Shown here piece by piece: positions 1-9,800 of a stretch of DNA of 30,723 nucleotides (positions within the stretch are counted from its first letter, which is position 1; every line of letters starts with the position of its first letter). A program made the position numbers and the translations under genes. A model generated the notes under the pieces. That model ran no database searches and was not told the origin of the DNA. It saw nothing but the letters and a program-made list of their open reading frames with translations. This DNA comes from a virus. Lineage: Duplodnaviria > Caudoviricetes. The stretch is taken from positions 1-30,723 of IMG/VR virus record IMGVR_UViG_3300047364_000195. The stretch is one strand, 5' to 3'.

Positions 1-1304
1 CCAACTGGGAAACTAACACCAGCATCTCCATTGGCGTCCTGATCGATGATAATTCTTTGCTTGTCGTCAAAGACCATAGCAAAGTCCCAAGTAGAGACTG
101 GATCTCCAATGGAGTCAACCTTGTCTCTATAAGTAACACCAATTACATAGTTCTTATCACCAAACTTAACCATGTGTTTGCCAGGGTTGGCAGGTCTGAC
201 GATTACCAAACGTAAGTTGTCACCAACGATTGATGCATCAGGAGGTAATGAAATTGGGTTATCTTCTACATAATCTCCACCAGACACAATAATAGTTTCT
301 TTAACACCAGGTGTTTCCCATGCTAATTGTGCTGCTTTCTTAATAGTTCTAACTGGGTTTACAGCAGAACGACCATCATTCTGGTCATTACCAATCTGCT
401 GTGAAACATAAACACGACCACCAACGTCATTCGTTGCTAGGTTAAGGACGTATTCTGTAGTTGCAATTTTATTTGATCTATCACCTAGTATAGGTGTTAC
501 TGAACGAGGGAAAATACCATCGTCTCCAGTAGTATTATATCCAAAAGAATTCTCGTCTTGGACGCGGAAACCGATGTGTTGGAATTGAACTTCTCCGTTT
601 AATTCTATACCATCTATATGTGTAGGAGCATTCTCCGCATCAGTCTTACCAGTATTGAGTGCCTGGTAGAGATTAGCACCAAAATATCTGTATGAATCTT
701 TTTGAATAATAACATTTCCACTCCAAGGAATACCAGTATTATTCTGGAAATTCTTCAAATATGGTGCGCGGAAATTGGCGTCAGGAGTAATAAAGTTATC
801 AATATCAAGGTTTAGAATTCTAGCAGTATCAGAAATGATAGATGTAGAAGTTCTAATAGCACCATTAATATCAAGTTCATAGTCAACAGTATCGAGGAAA
901 GCTTCTGCTGTTGCACCTACACCAGTTTCGCTTGATATTGTTACAGAGGGAGGGGTAGTATATCCAGAACCAGGATTATTAATGGCAATATTAACAACTT
1001 CGCCATTGAATATAAAGGCAGAGGCAAGTGCTTGAATTCCACCTGCTACATTAGGTTGTCCAATAATAACACTAGGTGGTGTCTGAAAACCAGCGCCTGG
1101 TGTTAAAATAGAAACGTTATTAATTCTTTGTCCAGTTCGGTTAATACCGACACGTGGTAGTCCAGTAGTGGCATCAAGTTGAGTACGTAAAATCTCACGT
1201 TCTGATGATCCTGTTCCACCTCTAATGGTAAGTTCATTATCACCGATCAGTTTGGGATCACCGCCCCTGATAAACTCTTTATCGGAATTGATATTAAAAC
1301 TCAT
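1..1304 (-). CDS. Large virion structural/tail-fibre-like protein, 5' part only (runs off window edge; absent from the ORF track)
   Basis: ATG at 1304 translates as MSFNINSDKEFIRGGDPKLIGDNELTIRGG...; segments translated near 574-780 and 1-430 are in the same frame (434 codons plus 2 nt). Contains PGSGY..PP.V.I glycine repeats and the motif RVYVSQQIGNDQNDGRSAVNPVRTIKKAAQ...IIVSGGDYVE..ISLPPDASIVGDNLR, typical of the N-cap of pectin-lyase-like beta-helices. CTAAATA and GGCGGAG lie upstream. Confidence 0.85.
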   Translation of the reverse strand, partial: MSFNINSDKEFIRGGDPKLIGDNELTIRGGTGSSEREILRTQLDATTGLPRVGINRTGQRINNVSILTPGAGFQTPPSVIIGQPNVAGGIQALASAFIFNGEVVNIAINNPGSGYTTPPSVTISSETGVGATAEAFLDTVDYELDINGAIRTSTSIISDTARILNLDIDNFITPDANFRAPYLKNFQNNTGIPWSGNVIIQKDSYRYFGANLYQALNTGKTDAENAPTHIDGIELNGEVQFQHIGFRVQDENSFGYNTTGDDGIFPRSVTPILGDRSNKIATTEYVLNLATNDVGGRVYVSQQIGNDQNDGRSAVNPVRTIKKAAQLAWETPGVKETIIVSGGDYVEDNPISLPPDASIVGDNLRLVIVRPANPGKHMVKFGDKNYVIGVTYRDKVDSIGDPVSTWDFAMVFDDKQRIIIDQDANGDAGVSFPV

Positions 1305-1339
1305 GGTGCTGCTTGGCTCCGCCTATTTTTCCTCTGTTT

Positions 1340-1346
1340 TATTTAG
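1340..1346 (-). promoter_or_regulatory. Putative T4-like late (gp55-dependent) promoter, CTAAATA variant
   Basis: CTAAATA lies 1 nt after the stop of the 166-aa gene in a short intergenic gap, followed by SD-like GGCGGAG (1317-1323) and the ATG at 1304. Confidence 0.65.
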
Positions 1347-1347
1347 C

Positions 1348-1848
1348 TTACTGCCATTCAATTGCTATAACTTGAGTACAAACAACCCACTTAATAACAT
1401 TGGTAGTACCTGCTCTAGTTGTGGTGTAGCTAAATCTATTAAGAGATCCAATAGGTTCAATAGACCATGTTTGTCCTATTGGCACATCATCTTTAATCAC
1501 AGTTGTCATGGAAGATAAACATGTAACAACACCAGCACCATTTGCATGTACAGTAGATTCAATTTTTGCTGTGTATACAACACCTTGAGGATTTACACCA
1601 AGAATATTTCCAGTAATAAAATTAACAGTATTTGGAGAAATTGTTATTTGAGTTCCAACATCATCAAGTCCTAGTACAGCAGTATTAGTACCTCTAAGAA
1701 TGAAAGTATGAATCTTACTATCACTAAAATGACGATTTCTTATTTCAAGTGTATTGAAATCTTTACCATTTCTATCTTCATCGACTACAACTGTTTTATC
1801 AATTGAAAAACCACCAACGGAGTCGAGCTTCTCTTTAATAGATGCCAT
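1348..1848 (-). CDS. Hypothetical virion structural protein (166 aa, beta-rich)
   Basis: Co-oriented ORF starting 2 nt after the upstream stop (TAA AA ATG), with beta-strand-like composition, inside a structural gene module. Confidence 0.75.
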   Translation of the reverse strand: MASIKEKLDSVGGFSIDKTVVVDEDRNGKDFNTLEIRNRHFSDSKIHTFILRGTNTAVLGLDDVGTQITISPNTVNFITGNILGVNPQGVVYTAKIESTVHANGAGVVTCLSSMTTVIKDDVPIGQTWSIEPIGSLNRFSYTTTRAGTTNVIKWVVCTQVIAIEWQ

Positions 1849-1850
1849 TT

Positions 1851-4800
1851 TTATTTCTTAGTAACGTGTGAAACTACCGTGATATTAACAGTTTGGGTAT
1901 CTGCCACACCACTACCTACGTTGATATTTAGACGTACTTCGTCATTTTCAGTATATACAAAACTAGGAGTGACTAAACTAATGTCTGTACGAATGTTTCC
2001 ATACTCAGTAAAGATAACATCAGTCCCATCATCAAGAACTCCAAACTCAATAAACTCTTTATCTCCTGTAGTTGGGTTATGTGCAGTAACACAAACCTTA
2101 GCAGAAAGTTCAGTTGAAGTTGTGTAAATGACTGTACCTGTAACATTTGTAGTTCCTTTAACTACATTCAAATCTTTTGTGATAATTTTAATATCTGCTA
2201 GTTCTGTAGTTGTAAGTTCTTTATTGTAGAGTGTGATTCCACTAAACACACCAGAACCAAATCCTGTGTTGAATAATATATCTCCTTGATTGTCCAAACG
2301 TAGAACTGGATCAACAGTCAAACCAGCAGAAATACCAATATCAAAGAATTGCTTTGCAGAATGTAAGAAAGTATTAGTTGCTGAAGTGTTATCTAGAGTA
2401 GTTGCTGCAGCATCTATAGTAAGTAAAGATGCAGTTAATTCAAACTCATCACTAGTTACAGATTTTACTGTGTCAATTGTATCAAAGATAAGTTCATTTG
2501 TAGTTAATCTGAGAGTATTATTGTTATCATTAAAGAAGTATAGAATATTTTCATTAGCACCAGGTGAAGTTTCTGGAATGATGTAAGTATTCTGATCAAC
2601 GTCTTTAACACCACCAAGAGAACCCCAGTTAGTTCCGTCATAACCTTCAAATTGTGATGAATCTGTATTAAATCTTACAGAACCTTGAACTGAAACACCT
2701 CTTTGATTATCAGTACCAACAGGAATTGCTATAGAACTAGGAGCATCAATAACAACCTTTTTACCAGAATTAGGTCTTATAATAATATCATTAATATCTG
2801 TTGAAATAGTATTGTCTGCTAATCTTAAATCTCCATTAATTGATACAGGAAGATCACCTGTAGGTCCAATTCTCAATTCTTCAATCTCACTGAAGATTAG
2901 AGGTGCAACTGCAAGATGAGTCCATCTTAATTGTGTAGTACCATTAACAAACGGAGAACCAGTAAGATCTGTGGGAGGACTACCACTGGTAGCAGTAGTA
3001 CCAGATTCCATTACCTCAAAGAGGTTGTTACCATACTTAAGATACAAACCAACAGTAACTGCTACGTTAGCAACCCAATTCTGATAATTTGGAGCAGCAG
3101 TATTTGAAGATCTTATTGTCTTAGCATTTTCAAATGATAACCAATCTTTAGTAAACTTCACAGAGTTTATGTTATCATTCATAAACCATAGTGTGTTATC
3201 ATTTGCACCAATAGATTCTTCTGCAAGAATTGTAGTATTACCATCTAAGTCTCTAATACCACCAAGAGAAGACCACGTTTGAGTATCTTCACTATATCCT
3301 TCATATTGTTTGGTATCAGTGTTAAATCTGATAGCACCATCCTGTGCGTCGTCATTTATCGGTCTTTCAGTATCACCACCACAAGGAATGACTAGTGCAG
3401 TATTATTAGTAACTTTAACAAGTCTTCCAGTAAATGCTGTTAATACAAGGTCATCAGTTGAAGTAGTAGAAACAACGTTTTCTGCAAGTCTTAACTTATC
3501 ACTTACATTGAATCTAGTAGTAGATTTAATTTCACCACTGGTTTGAATAACACCAGTAACATGACTCATCTGAATCAGATCATTAACATTAATAGAACCA
3601 GTAAAGATTGTATTTGAACTGGATAATGTCAAACCACCTACATCATTAGTACCTTCAATCTGAGGAGTCTTAAAACGATTAGTTGCTGTAAAAGTTGAAC
3701 CAGATCCAGTAGTATAATTTACAGTTCCAATTGTTGCTTCTGTTGATTGAACATCACTTAATGTAATAGTTCCAGTTTCAACATCATTTACGATAGTATC
3801 AACTGAAGTAACTTGTCCAACAATGAACGCAGCATCAGAACCAAACACCCTAGGGTTGCTCTGATCAACAGTCATTGCTACTTCATTACCATCTGTTCCA
3901 CCTTCATCAGCATGACCAGAACTTTCTTGTTTACAATAGTAGTAAAGTGGATTTGGGGTATCAGCTGATGGTCTAAATCTAACTATATTACCAATTCTTT
4001 CAACACCATTGGTATATTCAACACCACGGAACGTACAAACACAACTACCAGTGATTAAAGCAGGGGTATCCATTGTGATGGCAGTTGCACTATCCACAGA
4101 TGCAACTTTAGTTCCAGAAACAATTCCTTGTCCTGTAATCAATACAACTTCCATTCCTGCTAAGATACCAGCTGAACTAGGAACACTAATAGCAGTTGAA
4201 GATGCTACTGTAGTTACAGCAACGTCCTCGATTTTACTTGGACCGAAGATACCATCTGGGAAAGCACTAAATGCAAAGGTATGACCATCATTACTATCGT
4301 TAGATACATCCCAATCATAAGTATCACCACTATACATGGTAATAGTTGGTTCTAACTGATTATCAATTTTATATCTGTAACCAGGGAGAATTGTATTTGC
4401 TGTATAACCAACAGATGTTCTTGTGTTGGTAATAGTATCAGTTGTTTGGAAGTCACCATCCTCAACTAAAACATAGTCAACATTTCCACCAATACTATTT
4501 TTGAAAATGATTACTGCTGTCTCAGTACCATTACTCAAGGTATCACCAACAACCATTCCAGCATCAGCAATAGTTATAGTAAAGTCTATCTTTTGAGTAT
4601 CAATATTGGTTACAGCAAAAGTCTGTGGGGCAACCAAAGAAATAGGATTGATTGATAGATTATCTTGGAATTCGTAACCATTACCTGGGTTGTTGATAGT
4701 TGCAGCATCTATAACACCTAAAGTTCCAACCTCAATTTCCCAATCTGTAGTTGGGTTTGCACCATACTCAGGAGTAAACGTCGCTACAGCAGTACCTGGA

Positions 4801-6680
4801 GTCTGCGAGTCTTGGGACATTGTAACGGTATTGTTGACCCTATCAACATCATCTACAGTTGTCTCAGCAGTAGGTAGTGCTGCAGTACCAGAAGTGAATG
4901 TGATAACCATTCCCTTGTAGATACCAGTAGTGCTCGCAACCTCAAGTTGAGTAGCAGGATCAATTGTTGAGAAATCTAATATACCTGAACCATCTATAGT
5001 TGGACTATCAGATACTGTAATTAACGTACCACTGAGAATATTAACAATAGTTATAACTCCTGAAAATTCAACGGTACCACTCATAGTCATACCAACTGCC
5101 AAATTAGCAGTGCTACTAACAGTAACGTTATTAGATCCAGTAGTCCAAGTACATTCTAGAGCAACTGTACCATTAACTGTACAGTTAACACCTGTTGTTG
5201 TATCAGGTAGTTTTAAATTATCTCCTGTTTGATATCCAGTTCCTTTAGATACAAATTGAAAGTTATCAACGGCACCTGGTTGTGTTGTAATTGTAGCAAC
5301 AAAATTAGATCCACCTTTACCACCAATATCAGCATCATTTACAGTTACTGTATCGTTTTTATTATATCCAGTACCATCGTTATTAAAATCGATAGAAGCT
5401 ACAATACCTGCGTATACAGGAGTTCCTAAAGTATATTCAAACCCACTACCACCAGAAATATCTACAGATACAACATCACTAGCAGCATAATCTTCACCAA
5501 TATTTACAATCTCAAATCCAGTAACTGTATTGCTTCCACCAACTGTAACGTTTGCAGTCATTCCATGACCATAGAACCCAGCTGTTCCATTTACTACAGT
5601 AATGGTGTTACCCATGCCAGCATGAAGTTGGCAAGCATATTCAATATCACCAAGAGGAGCATCTTCCTTAATAACCAAGTCAACAAAGTTACCACCAGAA
5701 GGTTCTACTAATTGGAAATATTGTTCATCTAAAGCAGCACCACCTGTTGTTTGGAAAATAAATGGATGACCACTTAAAGATGAATCTGAAATATCAAATC
5801 TATATGTGTTTCCTCTATCAAGAGTTAATGCTGGATTGTCTGTTCCATTTAACTGATAGATGCTATTGGGTGGAGGAGTACCAGGATTACTAACAGAAGT
5901 AACAGTATATGTCTGTGCTGGACTTGCTGCAATTACTACTAAATTATTGTATGTTGATTCAGATTCACCTGCAAGGAGATCATAGCTACTACCAGCAGCT
6001 GTTATACTACCCCCATAATTGATTGTACCGCCTACAACAACCGAGGCAGTCTCACCACTACCAGAAGAACTTACGTTCTGTACAGGGACACTGGTGTACG
6101 AACCAGGTAAATATCCATTACCACCGTTAGTAACAGTTGCTTCTAAACCTTTTACTTCAAAGTTAATGGTAGCATCATCATTACCATTACCACCTTCTAA
6201 ACCTGCTTCATTATATTGACCAACGGAATAACCAACACCATCAGAAACCTGATTAAAAATATATGCAGTAACATTAATATTAGCAGTCGCATCTTCACCA
6301 GTACCACCTAATAGTTGTACATCATTAAATGATCCTGCATCGTAGAGAGAACCAGGATTACTGGTAACAAGATCAGTAATAATATTTTTCTGGCAAATAG
6401 AATCCTTAAAGGAATAAAATCCAGAATTGGTAAAGTTTACCAGTTTTTTACCAGTAGATGTTATACCTAAGGTTTTGTTATTTGGTCTAAAGAAACCTAA
6501 ACCTTCTTCATTACTAAATGATAGTGATGGTGCTGTAAGACTACCATCCCCAAGTTTTAAAACACCTGTTGATAGGTCAGACCCACCAGCAGAGATTGAA
6601 AATATTTGGGTTGCAATAGTATTGATTTTAACCCTTTGTTGTTCAAAGGTATCAGTACGTGCGACGTTAACTGCTGGCAT
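1851..6680 (-). CDS. Tail fibre-like/baseplate-attached structural protein (1609 aa) with cupredoxin-like modules
   Basis: N-terminus MPAVNVARTDTFEQQRVKIN resembles cyanomyovirus structural proteins. G/T/S-rich repeats (GxGY), duplicated IRFNTD...EGY...W.SLGG fibre modules, and H...YACQLHAGM. Confidence 0.8.
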   Translation of the reverse strand: MPAVNVARTDTFEQQRVKINTIATQIFSISAGGSDLSTGVLKLGDGSLTAPSLSFSNEEGLGFFRPNNKTLGITSTGKKLVNFTNSGFYSFKDSICQKNIITDLVTSNPGSLYDAGSFNDVQLLGGTGEDATANINVTAYIFNQVSDGVGYSVGQYNEAGLEGGNGNDDATINFEVKGLEATVTNGGNGYLPGSYTSVPVQNVSSSGSGETASVVVGGTINYGGSITAAGSSYDLLAGESESTYNNLVVIAASPAQTYTVTSVSNPGTPPPNSIYQLNGTDNPALTLDRGNTYRFDISDSSLSGHPFIFQTTGGAALDEQYFQLVEPSGGNFVDLVIKEDAPLGDIEYACQLHAGMGNTITVVNGTAGFYGHGMTANVTVGGSNTVTGFEIVNIGEDYAASDVVSVDISGGSGFEYTLGTPVYAGIVASIDFNNDGTGYNKNDTVTVNDADIGGKGGSNFVATITTQPGAVDNFQFVSKGTGYQTGDNLKLPDTTTGVNCTVNGTVALECTWTTGSNNVTVSSTANLAVGMTMSGTVEFSGVITIVNILSGTLITVSDSPTIDGSGILDFSTIDPATQLEVASTTGIYKGMVITFTSGTAALPTAETTVDDVDRVNNTVTMSQDSQTPGTAVATFTPEYGANPTTDWEIEVGTLGVIDAATINNPGNGYEFQDNLSINPISLVAPQTFAVTNIDTQKIDFTITIADAGMVVGDTLSNGTETAVIIFKNSIGGNVDYVLVEDGDFQTTDTITNTRTSVGYTANTILPGYRYKIDNQLEPTITMYSGDTYDWDVSNDSNDGHTFAFSAFPDGIFGPSKIEDVAVTTVASSTAISVPSSAGILAGMEVVLITGQGIVSGTKVASVDSATAITMDTPALITGSCVCTFRGVEYTNGVERIGNIVRFRPSADTPNPLYYYCKQESSGHADEGGTDGNEVAMTVDQSNPRVFGSDAAFIVGQVTSVDTIVNDVETGTITLSDVQSTEATIGTVNYTTGSGSTFTATNRFKTPQIEGTNDVGGLTLSSSNTIFTGSINVNDLIQMSHVTGVIQTSGEIKSTTRFNVSDKLRLAENVVSTTSTDDLVLTAFTGRLVKVTNNTALVIPCGGDTERPINDDAQDGAIRFNTDTKQYEGYSEDTQTWSSLGGIRDLDGNTTILAEESIGANDNTLWFMNDNINSVKFTKDWLSFENAKTIRSSNTAAPNYQNWVANVAVTVGLYLKYGNNLFEVMESGTTATSGSPPTDLTGSPFVNGTTQLRWTHLAVAPLIFSEIEELRIGPTGDLPVSINGDLRLADNTISTDINDIIIRPNSGKKVVIDAPSSIAIPVGTDNQRGVSVQGSVRFNTDSSQFEGYDGTNWGSLGGVKDVDQNTYIIPETSPGANENILYFFNDNNNTLRLTTNELIFDTIDTVKSVTSDEFELTASLLTIDAAATTLDNTSATNTFLHSAKQFFDIGISAGLTVDPVLRLDNQGDILFNTGFGSGVFSGITLYNKELTTTELADIKIITKDLNVVKGTTNVTGTVIYTTSTELSAKVCVTAHNPTTGDKEFIEFGVLDDGTDVIFTEYGNIRTDISLVTPSFVYTENDEVRLNINVGSGVADTQTVNITVVSHVTKK
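2500..3494 (-). repeat. Internal ~110-aa duplication in the 1609-aa protein
   Basis: LRLAEN...IPCG...GAIRFNTDTKQYEGY...WSSLGGIRDLDGNT.I..E...GANDN.L.F.NDN (about 3150-3494) matches LRLADN...IPVG...GSVRFNTDSSQFEGY...WGSLGGVKDVDQNT.I..E...GANEN.L.F.NDN (about 2500-2828). Confidence 0.85.
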
Positions 6681-6873
6681 TTGTTATTAGCTCTTTCAGT
6701 AGGGACTTGATCTCAGAGAGTTCATTCTTCAACATATTTATGTCCTCAAGCGCGGAACTTAAACCCCGCGCCTTCCTTCTGGCCTCTATAGCTGAATTGT
6801 CCAAATTGAGGATGGCACCTGTGTTTTTGTCCCTTACAAGACCGTCATGACCCTCAACCTTAATATAGTCCAT
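6667..6873 (-). CDS. Small hypothetical phage protein (68 aa) with C-terminal coiled coil
   Basis: KVEGHDGLVRDKNTGAILN N-terminus and a heptad-patterned C-terminus (LEDINMLKNELSEIKSLLKEL). Fills the gap between two large genes and overlaps the next start by 14 nt. Confidence 0.8.
   Translation of the reverse strand: MDYIKVEGHDGLVRDKNTGAILNLDNSAIEARRKARGLSSALEDINMLKNELSEIKSLLKELITNASS
6735..6742 (-). promoter_or_regulatory. Putative intragenic late promoter (CATAAATA) for the 1609-aa gene
   Basis: One mismatch to TATAAATA, encoded within the D-I-N-M codons, about 55 nt upstream of the ATG at 6680. Confidence 0.5.
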
Positions 6874-6881
6874 ATGCGGAA

Positions 6882-9800
6882 TTAGAATGCAGCTACTGCA
6901 CGAATGTCTTGAATCTTAGGTACATATGCTGGATCGTTACTTCTCATTACGATTTTAACAGCAAATGAAGAGAACTCAGGGAGACCAGACGCGGAATATG
7001 TAATGTCCTGATAGGAGGATTGTTTCTCAACAACACTAGATATAGTGTTCTCAGGAGTAGCAATATCACTAACATCTGGATGACCATTACCATTAAAGAA
7101 TTCCCAATCAATATCATCAAAGTTTTCTTGAGTAGATGCCTTCTTATACTTGAATAGAACTTTAACGTTTGCAAGATCCTTAGTATTCATTGTTAGATGA
7201 ACATTAAGTGCAGTTGCTGGATTACTGATTGAAACTTCCTTACTTACATACTTAGCAATAGCAGAAGTATTCTTAGAAGTATTTTCTGGTACGAAATTAA
7301 TACCATTTGTATATTCAATACTTCCAATTTCCCAGAAACGAGCTTCATCATCTGGTTGATTTGGATACTTAATAAAATCACCAACTCTAAAGATATCACT
7401 CAATTGATCTGCAACAACAGAATTTCTATTGTAGAATAGTCCATCTTGAATTCTATCAGTAAATGAATCATTAATAGGATGAACATCAGTTCTTAGAGTT
7501 AATTTCTGAGTCTTATTATTCCAGATAACTGCTTTACCTGTAATCTTATTAGTATACACTTCAGTAATTGTTGATGGATTTCTTGCTTCGATAGTAGCAG
7601 AATCTGCAATATCAACAAACTCTTGAATTAGATTTGTATCAACAACTGCTGCTGGAACCTCAACATCAACTCCATCCACAGTAATAGTTGCAACTACACC
7701 AGGTTGATTACCAAGAGACATTCTTTCGCCTCTTGTGAATAGTTGAGATGTTTTAACTCTTACATAAACAGTTAATCCATCAACTTTTGCAATAGTACCA
7801 ACTGCCTTAGAAGTATATCCTTCAACTGCTTGATCAGTTTGAATCTCTGTACCACCCATACCTGTTAGTTGGAATTTATAAACAGGATAGAATTCAACAA
7901 TCTGATCTCTTCTACCAAATCTATCTTCTACACCTTCTGCTTGTTCAACTCTGTTAGTTACAGTCTTGACGCTGGTAGTTCCTAAGTCTACAACTGGACT
8001 CAAATGAGACACAGTAGAACTGAGTGATAATTTATATACCAATGAATTATCAATGCTATTTAAAGTTTCATTGATATTAGAAGCAATCATTTTTTGATTA
8101 CTAAAGTAATGAGGTTCATTTAAGAATGTTTTTTCATACTCAGTCTGACTATATGATGGGAATGTAGTATCAGTAGAGTCTACTGATTGTACATTTGTAG
8201 TTTTAACTTCTGATAGTAGTTTTGTACTAGTAAATGTCAAGTATTGAACTTGTGGATAAAGAAGTTCAAACTTTCTATTATATGAAGCATATGCTTGTGT
8301 ACCACCACCAGTTCCAGAACCCGAAGATGGAATAGATGAAATAATATTATAAGAATCAATACCAGAATTTTTAACTTGGAATAATGAACTATTCAAAATA
8401 TCAGATGTTACTCCACCAGTTTCCACTGCTTGTTTAAAGAACACATAAGATTTACCAGAAGTTTCAAATCCATGATCTTTATGGTTAACATTAACTATTG
8501 AATTGTTATTACCAAATAACTTAGATGTTGCTTGAGTATTAGCACTAGCATTAGTCTCAAATGGATTCTTACTCAAAAGATCATAACCAAGTGATTCATT
8601 TGTTAATTCTAGACTTGCAGTTCTAGTAATATCAAATTCAGCACGGTATAAAGTAAATTTAAGATCTTCAAAATTATCCTCTGTCCAATTATCAACATTC
8701 TGTGATCGGTAAACCGAACCTAGTGATGGTTGAGTTGTAATGACCGTACTTGTTGAAATATCAATTTCACCAAGTTTTGATGCCCATAGTTCATAGTCAG
8801 TTGAATCAGTTTCAACAGCAAGTGCATATTCAGTATTATTCTGTAGATATACAGGATGATCAAACTCAAAGTATGATGGGATTGTAGAATTAGTAATACC
8901 TTCTTGATCAGTTGCTACACCCATTCTAACAGCAGGTGCATCAATCTCAATTTGAGTTTCAAGAACAGCACCACCACTACCATTACCAATTCCTTTGATA
9001 ACTACAGAAGGTGGTTCTGTATATCCAAAACCAGGAAGTGAAACCTCAGCATTGTAGATCTTTCCTTCAGAAACTTCAATTCTAGTTGTTGCAACAGAAC
9101 CACCAGGTAACTGTGGACTCTCGATAGTAACAATTGCATTTTCGTAGTTAGCACCAACATTTGAAATCTTAATAGCAGAAACTTTACCACTATCTTTAGC
9201 AAGAGTTAATCTTCCAGAAGTACCTTCAGTATTATTTGCTAAAGTAATTGATGGTACAATTAGATCTTCGTTCTGATTAAATGAACGACCATTATGATTG
9301 CTAAGAACTAAAGTATATACTTGTTCATTAGTAAGAAGGAACTTACCAGAAGAAGATGCTACTAGATCAACACCATTTTTATCAATAATTTTATCAACAG
9401 GACCACTAGCAGCAGAAGTTGCTCCAGTTACCATTTCACCTTTGGTTACATATACGTTACCATTAGAATAGAACTTAAGTAATGTAGATGGAGAAAGAAC
9501 TTTCTCTGTACCAGGAATAATGTTTTTGCCAGGTTTGTCAGATTCTACATTTGTAAGATATACTTTTACAGGAATACTGCTACTCTTCTTACTAACATAA
9601 AGATCAACACCAGTAGTAAAGACACCACCATCAAAGTTCTCAATCTTAAATGTTTGAGCAAGTGGATTAGGTCTTACTGGGTTATCAGTATTACTATCAA
9701 CAAACTGTACACCTTCATTTGCTTTGAAGAATGATGGTTTTGTTGAAATAATGCTGGAAGGATTCTCAGGAAGAACACCAGTTGCATAATACTTAACCTC

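Noticed and set aside
1851-3494. Diversity-generating retroelement or invertible tail-fibre cassette
   Set aside because: The repeats are diverged at the protein level and are not adenine-specific near-identical DNA copies; there is no reverse transcriptase or recombinase in the window.
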